In this document: positions 26,129 through 35,474 of the stretch, in pieces
Layout of the letters: the number at the start of each line of letters is the position of its first letter
How positions within the stretch are numbered: the first letter of the stretch is position 1
Sequence record: NC_022968.1
Source: Escherichia phage 4MG
Reading direction: 5' to 3' (one strand)
Length of the DNA stretch: 64,000 nt
Program-made: the position numbers and the translations under genes
Notes under the pieces: model-generated
What the model was told of the DNA's origin: nothing
What the model saw: only the letters and a program-made list of their open reading frames with translations
Databases searched by the model: none

Positions 26129-28444
26129 TTGATCAATACAGTTGTAAAGAGTGATGGAACAGAAGTTGTGTTCGAGCCGGAACGTCTTAACAAAGCAGCA
26201 ATCTTTGGTGATGACGGCAATGGCAACTGGTCACATATCTCAATGGACGCTTACAAGCGTCTGTATGACGGTTGCACCACTCGTGAAGTAAACCAGGCAT
26301 TGATCGACGCTTGTGTAAGTCGTAAAGATGAAGCTCACTCCCGCATGGCTGGACGTGTTCTCATCGGGCAGATCTACAAAGAGGCGTATGGTGGTTTTAC
26401 AAAGATCCCTACGCTGTTTAACTTCTACCACTACATGACCAATATCGGCTACTGGGAAGATATGGGTTATGACTCTTTCGACCTGATTAAGCTGGAAGAA
26501 GCTATTGATCACTCGAAAGACCTGAGTTATGGTTATGCGGTTCTGAAACAGTTCCGCGATAAGTACGGTATCAAGGACAACATCAACGATGTTCTGTTTG
26601 AATCTCCGCAGATGATGTTCATGGGTATCGCAATGGCAGTAATGAAACGTATGCCGAAGGAACGCCGTATCAATGACGTTATCCAACTGTACACGTACCT
26701 GTCTGATCTGAAGATCAATGCTCCAACGCCGTACCTGAATGGTCTGCGTACTGGTCGCACTGGCTATGCGTCATGTTGCATCATCAAAGCAGACGACACA
26801 GCTAAGAGCATCGGTGTTGCTCGTGAAGTTGCGTACACAATGACGGTTGCACAGGCCGGGATTGGGTATTACCTGTCCTCCCGTTCAATCGGTGATGGTG
26901 TCCGTGGCAATACGATCAAACACATGGGTAAAATCCCATATTACCGTGGGATTGACTCTGGTGTGAAAGAGAACCGTCAGTCAACTCGTGGTGGCTCTGC
27001 AACAGTTTCGTTCTTGGCTATCGACCCACAAGTCGAAGACCTGATGAAGCTGAAGAACCCGCTCACAGTGACCTCTAAACGCCTGAACACAATGGATTAC
27101 TCCATCGGTATTAACCAGTCGTTCATGAACCGTGTGGCTAAGAACCTTGACTGGATGCTGGTCTCTTACAAGGATGCACCTCAGTTACACGAGGGTATGT
27201 TTAAGATGACCATGCAGGAGTTCGATGCGGAAGTTGCTCGTATCGCAGCGGATAAGAAGATCCCTAAGACTTGGGTTAAAGCCCGTGACTTAGCTCTGGA
27301 GATCATCACACAACGAGCAGAAACAGGTCGCCTGTACGTGTACTGGCCTGATGAGATGAACCGACACACGCCGTTCCTGGAGACAATTTACTCCTCTAAC
27401 CTGTGTCAGGAAATCTGTCTGCCGACCAAGGGCTACAAAGATATGCGTAATATCTTCAACCCTGTTGCAGACGATGGTGAGGTTGCGCTATGCTTCCTGT
27501 CCTCTTTGGTTGCTGGTCGTGTTACTCCTGAAGAGTACGAGGATGTTGCTTACTACACCGTCCTGATGATCGATAACGTTATGGATATCATGGAATATCC
27601 GTATGAGAACATGAAGCACACAGCCGAATCTCGTCGTTCGATTGGTGTTGGCCTGACTAACCTTGCTCACTACATCGCGAAACACAAAGTCGCGTATGGT
27701 TCTCCGGAAAGCAAGCAGTTGGTTCACGATCTGGCAGAACTGCACAGCTACAGCCTGCACAAGGCAAGCTTGCGACTGGCGAAAGAGCGTGGTGTGGCAC
27801 CGTGGATGCATAAGACCAAATACCCTCAGGGTTGGTTGCCTATCGACACCTATAACAAGGCAGTTGATAGTGTTGTGAAGAATCCGAGTCTGAAGCAGGA
27901 CTGGGAAACTCTGCGACAGGAAATCATCAAGAATGGTGGTATTCGTAACAGTGTTCTGGAAGCGTATATGCCGAACGAAAGTTCCTCATTGGCTACCAAC
28001 ACAACCAACGGTCTGTATCCGGTACGTGATCATGTGATCTTCAAGAAATCGCCTCAAGGCTCTGTGCTGTTTATTGTGCCTGAGTATGAAGAACTGAAGG
28101 ATTACTACACCTCTGCGTGGGATATCAACACAAACGACCTGATTGACATTTACGCCATCATTCAGAAGTTCGCAGGCCAGGCAATCAGTGCTGACCTCTA
28201 CATCGACTACACCCAGTTGAAAGACGGGAAGATTTCGATGAAAGACCAGATTGGTTATCTGATCCGTGCGACGAAGATGGGGATGAAGACCTGGTACTAC
28301 CTGAACTCGAAGGTTGGTGCTGGCGACTCCCTCACCGCAGAACTTCAGGCGAAGAAAGAAGCAGAAGAGGCCACCCGCAAGGATTATCCTCTGATCGCTG
28401 ACAACTCTGTCGAAGATCCGTACTGTGAAGGTTGTGCATTGTAA
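26129..28444 (+). CDS. nrdA: ribonucleotide reductase large subunit (class I, NrdA)
   Basis: 771 aa; TTG start after AAGGAGAAAG; active-site region SNLCQEICLP and overall class I alpha layout. Confidence 0.88.
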   Translation: MINTVVKSDGTEVVFEPERLNKAAIFGDDGNGNWSHISMDAYKRLYDGCTTREVNQALIDACVSRKDEAHSRMAGRVLIGQIYKEAYGGFTKIPTLFNFYHYMTNIGYWEDMGYDSFDLIKLEEAIDHSKDLSYGYAVLKQFRDKYGIKDNINDVLFESPQMMFMGIAMAVMKRMPKERRINDVIQLYTYLSDLKINAPTPYLNGLRTGRTGYASCCIIKADDTAKSIGVAREVAYTMTVAQAGIGYYLSSRSIGDGVRGNTIKHMGKIPYYRGIDSGVKENRQSTRGGSATVSFLAIDPQVEDLMKLKNPLTVTSKRLNTMDYSIGINQSFMNRVAKNLDWMLVSYKDAPQLHEGMFKMTMQEFDAEVARIAADKKIPKTWVKARDLALEIITQRAETGRLYVYWPDEMNRHTPFLETIYSSNLCQEICLPTKGYKDMRNIFNPVADDGEVALCFLSSLVAGRVTPEEYEDVAYYTVLMIDNVMDIMEYPYENMKHTAESRRSIGVGLTNLAHYIAKHKVAYGSPESKQLVHDLAELHSYSLHKASLRLAKERGVAPWMHKTKYPQGWLPIDTYNKAVDSVVKNPSLKQDWETLRQEIIKNGGIRNSVLEAYMPNESSSLATNTTNGLYPVRDHVIFKKSPQGSVLFIVPEYEELKDYYTSAWDINTNDLIDIYAIIQKFAGQAISADLYIDYTQLKDGKISMKDQIGYLIRATKMGMKTWYYLNSKVGAGDSLTAELQAKKEAEEATRKDYPLIADNSVEDPYCEGCAL

Positions 28445-28451
28445 TTCTTAT

Positions 28452-28470
28452 GGGGCTTCGGCCCCGTTTT
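28452..28470 (+). terminator. intrinsic terminator-like hairpin (GGGGCTTCGGCCCC + GTTTT) between nrdA and nrdB
   Basis: UUCG tetraloop stem-loop followed by T-run, 12 nt before nrdB start. Confidence 0.5.
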
Positions 28471-28481
28471 AGAGGGGAATA

Positions 28482-29570
28482 ATGGCTGTATTTAACGTTG
28501 AGAACACCGCTCATAAAACTGGTGACTATCCGCTGTTCTTAGGGCAGCAAATGGGGATGTATGACTCCATCAACAAAAAGTACCCGCAACTGTTCGACCT
28601 GTACAAAAAGCAGAAAGAGCAGGACTGGTCTGAAGATGAAGTTGAACTGAACCAATCCATTACCGATTTCGCGACCTGTAGCAAATCAACCTACGATGTC
28701 ATGGTCCAGACGATCATGTGGCAGTGGGAAGCCGACAGCGTTGCAGCACAGGCGATTATTTGTCTGTTCGCACCATTCATCACCAATAGTGAACTGTTTG
28801 CTATGATGATGAAGCAATCTGAGATTGAAGTTCTTCATGCTTTAACGTATTCTGATATTGTCCGTCAGTGTCTGCCAAACTCACGACAGATCATTGAAGA
28901 CATTCAGAATAACCAAGCTGTTCTCGAACGCTCTGGTGTAATCGTGAAGTATATGCGTGAACTGGAAGTTCTCGGTGCAAAATACCGTATCGATCCTGAG
29001 TCCGTGGACAAAGAAGAGATTCGCCGTGGTATTCTGCGAGCGCTGTTCTCTCTGCTTGGTCTTGAAGGTATCGAGTTCATCTCCAGCTTTGCATGTACCT
29101 TTGCACTGGCAGAACAGGGTGTGTTCGTTCAGGTCGGTCAGCTTGTCCAGAAAATCATGCTGGATGAAATGCTGCACACCAAGATGGACTTCGGTGTTAT
29201 TGACATTCTCCTGAAAGACCCTGTGTGGAAAGATAGTTTCTACGCTATCAAGTCAGAACTGAAGGCGATCCTCGATGAGGTACGTACAAACGAGTATGCA
29301 TGGGGTGATTACCTGTTCAGTGAAGGCCGTGCGATCATCGGGCTTAACGCTCCATTACTGAAGGACTGGACAGACTGGAACTGCGCCCCGATCTACGATT
29401 ACTACGGTATCGAACGTGACTTCGAAGCACCAAAACGCGATCCTCTTCCGTTCATGGACACTTGGATGAACCCAAGCAAACAGCAGAATGCGAATCAGGA
29501 ACAAACCAACACCGATTATCGTGTCAACGCGGCAATTGATGACACTGAAGGCGAAACCTGGGATTTCTAA
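28482..29570 (+). CDS. nrdB: ribonucleotide reductase small subunit (NrdB)
   Basis: 362 aa; di-iron/radical region IEVLHALTYSDIV, ferritin-like layout; directly follows nrdA. Confidence 0.85.
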   Translation: MAVFNVENTAHKTGDYPLFLGQQMGMYDSINKKYPQLFDLYKKQKEQDWSEDEVELNQSITDFATCSKSTYDVMVQTIMWQWEADSVAAQAIICLFAPFITNSELFAMMMKQSEIEVLHALTYSDIVRQCLPNSRQIIEDIQNNQAVLERSGVIVKYMRELEVLGAKYRIDPESVDKEEIRRGILRALFSLLGLEGIEFISSFACTFALAEQGVFVQVGQLVQKIMLDEMLHTKMDFGVIDILLKDPVWKDSFYAIKSELKAILDEVRTNEYAWGDYLFSEGRAIIGLNAPLLKDWTDWNCAPIYDYYGIERDFEAPKRDPLPFMDTWMNPSKQQNANQEQTNTDYRVNAAIDDTEGETWDF

Positions 29571-29580
29571 GGAGAAAAAT

Positions 29581-29937
29581 ATGACAGTGCAAGACAACGT
29601 TCCACTTAAACCGCTACGCTTAGTGGCTTACGACCCACAGAAACTCCATCTTTTCCTTGGTGGCGAACGGGTTAGTGGATTCATGCCATACCGTAAGATT
29701 TCCTTGCGCCGTGGTCTGAACGGCACGTTTGAAATGGAAATTTTCCTAAGTGGGGTGTCTTCTTGGGTCCCTAAGTTGCGTCAACTTTTAGGTTATGAAA
29801 TGGCTATCAGTGTTCAGTATCCAAATGAATTTGCTGATAATCTTGGTTTTGAGGATGTTGGTGTCCTCTCCGGATTCGACCTGCACTTCACCAACGAAGT
29901 TCCGGAAATTGTGTTCTACTTTAAAAATAAGGATTGA
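29581..29937 (+). CDS. hypothetical protein (118 aa)
   Basis: ATG after AAGGAGAAAAAT; frame of track ORF. Confidence 0.45.
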   Translation: MTVQDNVPLKPLRLVAYDPQKLHLFLGGERVSGFMPYRKISLRRGLNGTFEMEIFLSGVSSWVPKLRQLLGYEMAISVQYPNEFADNLGFEDVGVLSGFDLHFTNEVPEIVFYFKNKD

Positions 29938-29938
29938 T

Positions 29939-30205
29939 ATGAGTATCAAAGACAATACCTTCGTGATCTATGGCAAAGATAGCTGCCCTCACTGTGTTCG
30001 TGCGAAAGAATTCGCAAAGTCAAAAGGTCTTGACTTCCTGTACATGACCCTTGACAAGAACTATACAAAGGAAGAACTGGTTGCCAAATGTGCTCCAGTG
30101 ATCCCGACAACCGTCCCACGCGTATTTATGGAAGTAGACGGTACTGAGCGTTATGTAGGGACCGCAGATGAGTTTATCGCATTTGTGAAATCTCATAACA
30201 TCTGA
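29939..30205 (+). CDS. glutaredoxin/NrdH-like redoxin
   Basis: 88 aa; CPHC active site in thioredoxin-fold context, adjacent to nrdAB. Confidence 0.7.
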   Translation: MSIKDNTFVIYGKDSCPHCVRAKEFAKSKGLDFLYMTLDKNYTKEELVAKCAPVIPTTVPRVFMEVDGTERYVGTADEFIAFVKSHNI

Positions 30206-30234
30206 TTGACAGTCGTCTAAAAACCATATAAGAT
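30206..30234 (+). promoter_or_regulatory. sigma70-like promoter TTGACA-N17-TAAGAT
   Basis: Hexamers read directly after redoxin stop; coordinates +/-2. Confidence 0.4.
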
Positions 30235-30282
30235 TAACTAAGCCCATCCTCATGTTGTTGGTGGGCCACAAAGGAGAAAAGA

Positions 30283-30423
30283 ATGAGCAAACGTACTCTG
30301 CGTAAGGCATATCAAAAGGAACTGGCACTGGAACTGCGTGGTAAAAAGCGTAAGACTAAACGTGCCACTGAAGACGAACTCCTGCAACTGGTAGCTGACG
30401 CTGCTGCCCGTAGCACATACTGA
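30283..30423 (+). CDS. small basic protein (46 aa)
   Basis: Not in track; AAAGGAGAAAAGA SD then ATG; Lys/Arg-rich. Confidence 0.35.
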   Translation: MSKRTLRKAYQKELALELRGKKRKTKRATEDELLQLVADAAARSTY

Positions 30424-30431
30424 GGTAACCC

Positions 30432-30857
30432 ATGACTGACGTTATCAATGATGAAGGACAAACATTCGTCCCAATGCCACAATCAGAGCTTGACACTATT
30501 CTGTTTGGTGACCACGAGCAACTGGCCCGTGACTTTGTTGGTCTTGTATTCCCACGACTGATTAATCAGTTCAGTGAACAGACTCAATACCAGATCGAGG
30601 CAATGCGCCAGATGAAGTCTAGTTCAAAAGACCCGGCTTTCGAAAAGGAACTGAATGCCGCTCAGGTTCGCCTGAAAAAGGCTCTTTCCGAAGAGGTTAT
30701 GCAAAAAGTTATGGATAAGATGGTCTATCTCCTGAAAGAAGAGCTTGCGCCACATGAGCTGGCCTATGCTATCTACCAGGAACGTATTACCATCAAGATC
30801 TCTGGGATTGCCGCCCAACTTGAAACGGCTTTTGAAGAGGCGCTAGGAGAGGGTTAA
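30432..30857 (+). CDS. hypothetical protein (141 aa)
   Basis: Track ORF. Confidence 0.45.
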   Translation: MTDVINDEGQTFVPMPQSELDTILFGDHEQLARDFVGLVFPRLINQFSEQTQYQIEAMRQMKSSSKDPAFEKELNAAQVRLKKALSEEVMQKVMDKMVYLLKEELAPHELAYAIYQERITIKISGIAAQLETAFEEALGEG

Positions 30858-30876
30858 TCCGTAAGGAGGTCTTCTT

Positions 30877-31431
30877 TTGAAACTAACGCTTGAACAACTC
30901 AACAAGATTTTTCCAGTAGGTGCATCCGCTGGGCGTAACGCAAAGTTCATTGATGCACTGAACGACTTGTTTGAGAAGGGTGGTATTAATACTGTCAACC
31001 GTATCGCCGGATTCCTCTCCCAAATTGGTGTGGAGTCTGCCGAGTTCCGTTACGTCAAGGAGCTTGGGAAGGATTCGTACTTTGATAAGTATGATACTGG
31101 CTCTATCGCAAAGCGTCTTGGTAACACCCCAGAGAAGGATGGGGATGGGGCCAAGTACAAGGGGAGAGGCCTGATTCAGGTAACCGGACTTGCAAACTAC
31201 AAAGCTTGCGGTAAGGCACTTGGTCTGGACCTCGTTAACCACCCAGAATTGCTTGAACAGCCTAAGTATGCAGTTGCCAGCGCTGGTTGGTATTGGAACA
31301 TGAGAAACATCAACGCCGCTTGCGATGCTGATGATATCGTTAAGATTACCAAGCTGGTAAACGGTGGTACAAACCACCTGGCCGAGCGCACAGCCTATTA
31401 CAAAAAGGCAAAATCTGTTCTAACCTCGTAA
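30877..31431 (+). CDS. endolysin, glycoside hydrolase family 19 (chitinase-like) fold
   Basis: 184 aa, TTG start after AAGGAGG; GRGLIQVTGLANY and ASAGWYWNM resemble GH19 catalytic signatures. Confidence 0.6.
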   Translation: MKLTLEQLNKIFPVGASAGRNAKFIDALNDLFEKGGINTVNRIAGFLSQIGVESAEFRYVKELGKDSYFDKYDTGSIAKRLGNTPEKDGDGAKYKGRGLIQVTGLANYKACGKALGLDLVNHPELLEQPKYAVASAGWYWNMRNINAACDADDIVKITKLVNGGTNHLAERTAYYKKAKSVLTS

Positions 31432-31442
31432 GGAGAACCAAT

Positions 31443-32243
31443 ATGGGAAGAAGCAAAGAGGCTCGTGCAACAAAACTGAGCGCCCGTCAACAGCAACGTG
31501 CTGAACGTCAGGCCGCTAGTCAGGCAAAGCACCACCCGAAATTCGATGAGGAACGAAAAAGCGCACCACCGCTAGTTGCTCTGAATGAAAAGCAGCAGGA
31601 TTACCTTCACAAGTTGCAGACATGCAACATTATCATCGCGAAGGGGATCTTCGGAACAGGTAAAACCTACCTTGCATCCGCTCATGCTGCCGACTTGCTG
31701 CGTAGAAACGAACTCGACAAGATCATTGTCGCTCGTCCATACGTGCAGACGGGTAAAACCTCCGGCTTCAAACCGGGTACTTCACTGGAAAAGCTGTTCC
31801 CTTACGTCCGAAATATGCTGGATACCATCCGTAAGCGTATGGGTGATGGGGCTTACTACAATGCCCTGAAGGACGGCTTGAATGGGCGTATCGAAGTTCA
31901 GGAACTGGAAAGCATCCGTGGTCGTTCATTCGACGAAAAGAGCTTCCTGCTGATCGACGAAGCGCAGCAGAGCACCCCGGAAGAAATGCTGAGTATCATC
32001 ACTCGTATTTCTGATAACTGTACGCTCGTAGTCATGGGTGATGCAAGTCAGAAAGATATTCATGGTCAGTCAGGCCTTGAATGGTTGATCGAGTTCACTC
32101 AGCGTCACAATCTTGCAGGCGTGGGATCTGTTTCCTTTGATGACCCGAATGAGGATATCGTTCGTGGTGGTATGGTTCGCGACATCGCTCTTGGCCTCAT
32201 GGCTGACCGCGAAGAGAAGCGCTATACCCCGATGGCTTCTTAA
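31443..32243 (+). CDS. phoH: PhoH-like ATPase
   Basis: 266 aa; Walker A GIFGTGKTY and PhoH-like layout. Confidence 0.7.
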   Translation: MGRSKEARATKLSARQQQRAERQAASQAKHHPKFDEERKSAPPLVALNEKQQDYLHKLQTCNIIIAKGIFGTGKTYLASAHAADLLRRNELDKIIVARPYVQTGKTSGFKPGTSLEKLFPYVRNMLDTIRKRMGDGAYYNALKDGLNGRIEVQELESIRGRSFDEKSFLLIDEAQQSTPEEMLSIITRISDNCTLVVMGDASQKDIHGQSGLEWLIEFTQRHNLAGVGSVSFDDPNEDIVRGGMVRDIALGLMADREEKRYTPMAS

Positions 32244-32253
32244 CAGGAGGATT

Positions 32254-32886
32254 ATGGCATATTACACTGGGGTAGGATCTCGCGAAACACCCCCAGAGGT
32301 TATCAGCGTCATGGAAGACGCTGCTTTCCGATTAGCAAGACTTGGATTCACACTGCGAAGTGGAAAAGCCGGGGGTGCTGATGAGGCATTTCAGGTAGGA
32401 ATGCAAAAATATTACGAATCTCTTGACAATGGAAAACAAGAAGAGTATCGTACACGCTTGGCAGAGATTTACATACCGTGGGACGGGTTTGCAGCAGATA
32501 ATGACAAGCTCTGGGATTATTGGGATTATCCTTTGAGTTATGTCGATTACCTAATGCCGGAGCAAAAAGTGGTCAGGGACTCACTGGTCGAGGAAATTCA
32601 TCCTAATTTCGAGGCACTTAAGAAGAAGCGTGGTGCTTTTGCACTTCACTCTCGCAACGTGCATCAGGTTTTGGGTGCAAATATTCTTGAGCCGCGCCCC
32701 TCTGCGTTTTGCCTGTACTATGCATCCGAGGATAAGCATGGTAATCCGAAAGGTGGTACGGCTACTGCGGTAAATCTTGCCAAAAAATATGGCGTGAGAA
32801 CGCTTAATCTAAACACTCCGGAGCGCTTGGCCTTACTTGAGCAGTTCCTGACCAATCTTGAGAGGAAAAGAGGTGTCCAGGTTTAG
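32254..32886 (+). CDS. DprA/Smf-like Rossmann (SLOG) domain protein
   Basis: About 210 aa; GVGSRETP ... RSGKAGGADEAFQVG matches DprA Rossmann-domain motifs; lacks DprA flanking domains. Confidence 0.45.
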   Translation: MAYYTGVGSRETPPEVISVMEDAAFRLARLGFTLRSGKAGGADEAFQVGMQKYYESLDNGKQEEYRTRLAEIYIPWDGFAADNDKLWDYWDYPLSYVDYLMPEQKVVRDSLVEEIHPNFEALKKKRGAFALHSRNVHQVLGANILEPRPSAFCLYYASEDKHGNPKGGTATAVNLAKKYGVRTLNLNTPERLALLEQFLTNLERKRGVQV

Positions 32887-33181
32887 AGATAAGCTGAATC
32901 AGTCCTATTGTCTCGTGAAATATGACAAAAAGGGCTGGGTTCTGGCTAAAAAGACAGGAAAACGGATTTATGTCACTGAAAGTAATGGTGAAATCCGCTA
33001 TATCTGCACCACAGATGATACTGACCAGTTCAAACATCTTACCGAGTCCTTGGAATATGAGTCAAGGAAGACCCTTGTAGTGGGTGATGTGGTGAGATTG
33101 GACAATTTTGGGCCATATCATGTGGTTGATTCCGGTTACCGTGGGGATGACGGTGAAGTGAAATATCTGATAGCTCGATAG
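32873..33181 (+). CDS. hypothetical protein (about 102 aa)
   Basis: GTG after GAGAGGAAAAGAG in frame of track ORF. Confidence 0.4.
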   Translation: MSRFRDKLNQSYCLVKYDKKGWVLAKKTGKRIYVTESNGEIRYICTTDDTDQFKHLTESLEYESRKTLVVGDVVRLDNFGPYHVVDSGYRGDDGEVKYLIAR

Positions 33182-33188
33182 GAGGAGT

Positions 33189-33671
33189 ATGACAGTTAGT
33201 ATTCATGGGGTTATCTCCCATCGAAAACTGATGGAGTTGAAGAATTGTGGGGTTGTTTCTCCGGGGCTGTTTGATGCTGAAGCGGAAAGCCTCTTCAATT
33301 TTTATCGTAAGGTTGTGGCTCAGTCTCTGTATGAGATGAACGATGGGTTCTTTACCCGAATGATTTATAACACTGCCGCAGCAGAACGCGATGCACGGTG
33401 GATGTTCCCGGATCGTCGTGATTTGCTGAATCACCTGATCTACCTGGATGGTAAATCCAAGTATGTGACTGTCGAAAAGGAAGAACTTGACAAGTTCACA
33501 ATGCTGCACACCGCAGCCGTAGCCTCTGAAAGGGCGAGAAAAGTTCTCGTGACATTCAAGTACAGCGACCAGGTACTTGTCGATGACGAAACAGGGTATT
33601 ACATCGACTGGCTGATGAAGAATGCATACATTCTGAAAGGCTATATTGCAAACGCTCGTGAGGAGGATTAA
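33189..33671 (+). CDS. hypothetical protein (160 aa)
   Basis: Track ORF. Confidence 0.45.
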   Translation: MTVSIHGVISHRKLMELKNCGVVSPGLFDAEAESLFNFYRKVVAQSLYEMNDGFFTRMIYNTAAAERDARWMFPDRRDLLNHLIYLDGKSKYVTVEKEELDKFTMLHTAAVASERARKVLVTFKYSDQVLVDDETGYYIDWLMKNAYILKGYIANAREED

Positions 33672-33672
33672 T

Positions 33673-34596
33673 ATGGAACAGAACAAGAACTTTTTCGGAA
33701 TGCCGGGATTCAGTGGCAACGTGTACAGCTACCCTGTCCACTCTCACGATCATGTTATCTACATTGATGACCTGTCATGGTTAGAAGATCATCAGGACCG
33801 CTTGCAGGTAATTCGCCAGGCATCTCCTGATGATACCATTCGTGTGGTAATTAACAGTCCTGGTGGGGTTGTTTCTATCGCAATGGCTTATGTAAGTGCT
33901 ATTCGTGAAAGCCAGGCGTCGATTGTTACCCACGCAGAAGGTAACGTGTGTTCTGCTGGTACTGTTCTGTGGCTTGCCTGTAAGGATCGCACGGTCTCTC
34001 CCCTGACTATGTTCATGTTCCACAACTACCAGGGCGGTACGTATGGTGACGGTGCAAACATGTACAGCCAGATTGCCTTTGAAAAGCACTACTTTGATCG
34101 CCTGATGGATACCTTCTACACCGGGGTTCTGACAGAGACTGAAATTGCTACGATCAAAGGTGGTGGTCAGGTGTGGATGGATGAAGTTGAGATCCTGAAG
34201 CGCACCCCAGCGGTTCTGCTCGATGAACGAAACATTAAGCGTATGCAAGAGGGGCAGCGTCCGATCATCTCCGGTGAGAAGCCGAAAGAAAAGACCGTGG
34301 TCGAGAATGTTGATCTGAATAACCTCCCTGAAGACGGCGTGCCAGAAAGCATTTTCCTGAGAATTGAAGTTGAGGGTGAGACCTTTAAGTTCGACGTATC
34401 GACTCTCCAGGCAAAAGACTTTGATCCTTTCAACGTTGCTGAACTGCAAACCATCTACTCTCAGATTGGTGCAATCGCCTCAGGGTCAGAGGAAGCCTTG
34501 ATTGTGAATACTCGAAACCGTCAGGACCTGATCGATGCGATTCTCGCCGCTTCTGAAGAGATTATGGCTGATGTGCTGGAGAAAATGGGGAAATAA
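33673..34596 (+). CDS. ClpP-like (S14 family) serine peptidase
   Basis: About 307 aa; VVINSPGGVVSIAMAYVSAI and CSAG nucleophile-like motif; C-terminal extension. Confidence 0.55.
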   Translation: MEQNKNFFGMPGFSGNVYSYPVHSHDHVIYIDDLSWLEDHQDRLQVIRQASPDDTIRVVINSPGGVVSIAMAYVSAIRESQASIVTHAEGNVCSAGTVLWLACKDRTVSPLTMFMFHNYQGGTYGDGANMYSQIAFEKHYFDRLMDTFYTGVLTETEIATIKGGGQVWMDEVEILKRTPAVLLDERNIKRMQEGQRPIISGEKPKEKTVVENVDLNNLPEDGVPESIFLRIEVEGETFKFDVSTLQAKDFDPFNVAELQTIYSQIGAIASGSEEALIVNTRNRQDLIDAILAASEEIMADVLEKMGK

Positions 34597-35276
34597 TGTC
34601 TGCGCCTTTGAAGAAGAAGGGGGAACGTAGGGATTATGACGTGTATGAGACACCAGAATGGGCTGTCACGGCCCTTTTGGATGTTATCCCTATCAACCCA
34701 CACTGGAAATATTTAGAGCCGTGTAGAGCGTCTGGGAGATTCTACAACCACATGCCAATAGGTTCAGCCTGGGGTGAAATCCGTCATGGTGTGGATTATC
34801 TCAACACAGAGTACAAGCATGTGGATTGTATCATCACAAACCCGCCTTATTCTTTGGCTCAGGAGTTCGTTACAAAGGCCCTTGAAGATGCGGATGTGGT
34901 AATTATGCTCCTCAGGTTAGGATTCCTTGAAAGCCAGATCCGGAACAAGTGGTGGCAGGACAATAAACCGTCCAGCCTGATGGTCTTATCACAAAGGCCT
35001 TCATTCACCGAAGACGGTAAGACTGATGGTTCTGGGTACGCTTACTTTGTGTGGGATAAGAAGAACCGCCTTAACCTTGAACCATTCTATTTCTTGGAGG
35101 GTCAAAGCGATGAGTGTCGCAAACAAGATGCGAGAGATCGCAAACAACGCAGAAAAGCAAACGCCAGCAGAAATGAAGGACATCTTCGAACAGATAGTGA
35201 GCGGGATAGCTCAGTGTGCGAGGAAGGGGATGTACGGGATGGGACTCTCAATGGACTTCCCGGTGGAGATGAGTGA
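34596..35276 (+). CDS. DNA methyltransferase (N6-adenine/N4-cytosine type)
   Basis: 226 aa; catalytic IITNPPY motif; C-terminal 55 aa look non-globular. Confidence 0.7.
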   Translation: MSAPLKKKGERRDYDVYETPEWAVTALLDVIPINPHWKYLEPCRASGRFYNHMPIGSAWGEIRHGVDYLNTEYKHVDCIITNPPYSLAQEFVTKALEDADVVIMLLRLGFLESQIRNKWWQDNKPSSLMVLSQRPSFTEDGKTDGSGYAYFVWDKKNRLNLEPFYFLEGQSDECRKQDARDRKQRRKANASRNEGHLRTDSERDSSVCEEGDVRDGTLNGLPGGDE

Positions 35277-35388
35277 TTACCTGCCTCATATTGTTGGGGA
35301 TCTTCGTAATGGAGGTTTCACAGTTGACATCATCGGATACCAGCCGACAATGCAAGGCACTTCGATAAACTTCTTTGTTACCTGGTAA
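35110..35388 (+). CDS. hypothetical protein (92 aa) overlapping 3' end of methyltransferase ORF
   Basis: ATG after GGAGGG SD; different frame from 34596-35276. Confidence 0.4.
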   Translation: MSVANKMREIANNAEKQTPAEMKDIFEQIVSGIAQCARKGMYGMGLSMDFPVEMSDYLPHIVGDLRNGGFTVDIIGYQPTMQGTSINFFVTW

Positions 35389-35393
35389 ATTAA

Positions 35394-35413
35394 CCCGCTT
35401 CGGCGGGTTTTTT
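35394..35413 (+). terminator. intrinsic terminator (CCCGCTTCGGCGGG + TTTTTT)
   Basis: UUCG tetraloop hairpin plus T-run right after stop at 35388. Confidence 0.6.
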
Positions 35414-35424
35414 CGTTTTTGTGC

Positions 35425-35453
35425 TTGACATCAATTTTACCGAGGATTATTAT
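35425..35453 (+). promoter_or_regulatory. sigma70-like promoter TTGACA-N17-TATTAT
   Basis: Hexamers read directly, just downstream of terminator; coordinates +/-2. Confidence 0.5.
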
Positions 35454-35474
35454 CTACCCAACAAAGGAGAACAC

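Noticed and set aside
33673-34596. ClpP-like gene as prohead maturation protease
   Set aside because: No portal, scaffold or major capsid gene nearby; neighbours are PhoH, DprA-like and a methyltransferase, so a morphogenetic role is not supported in this window
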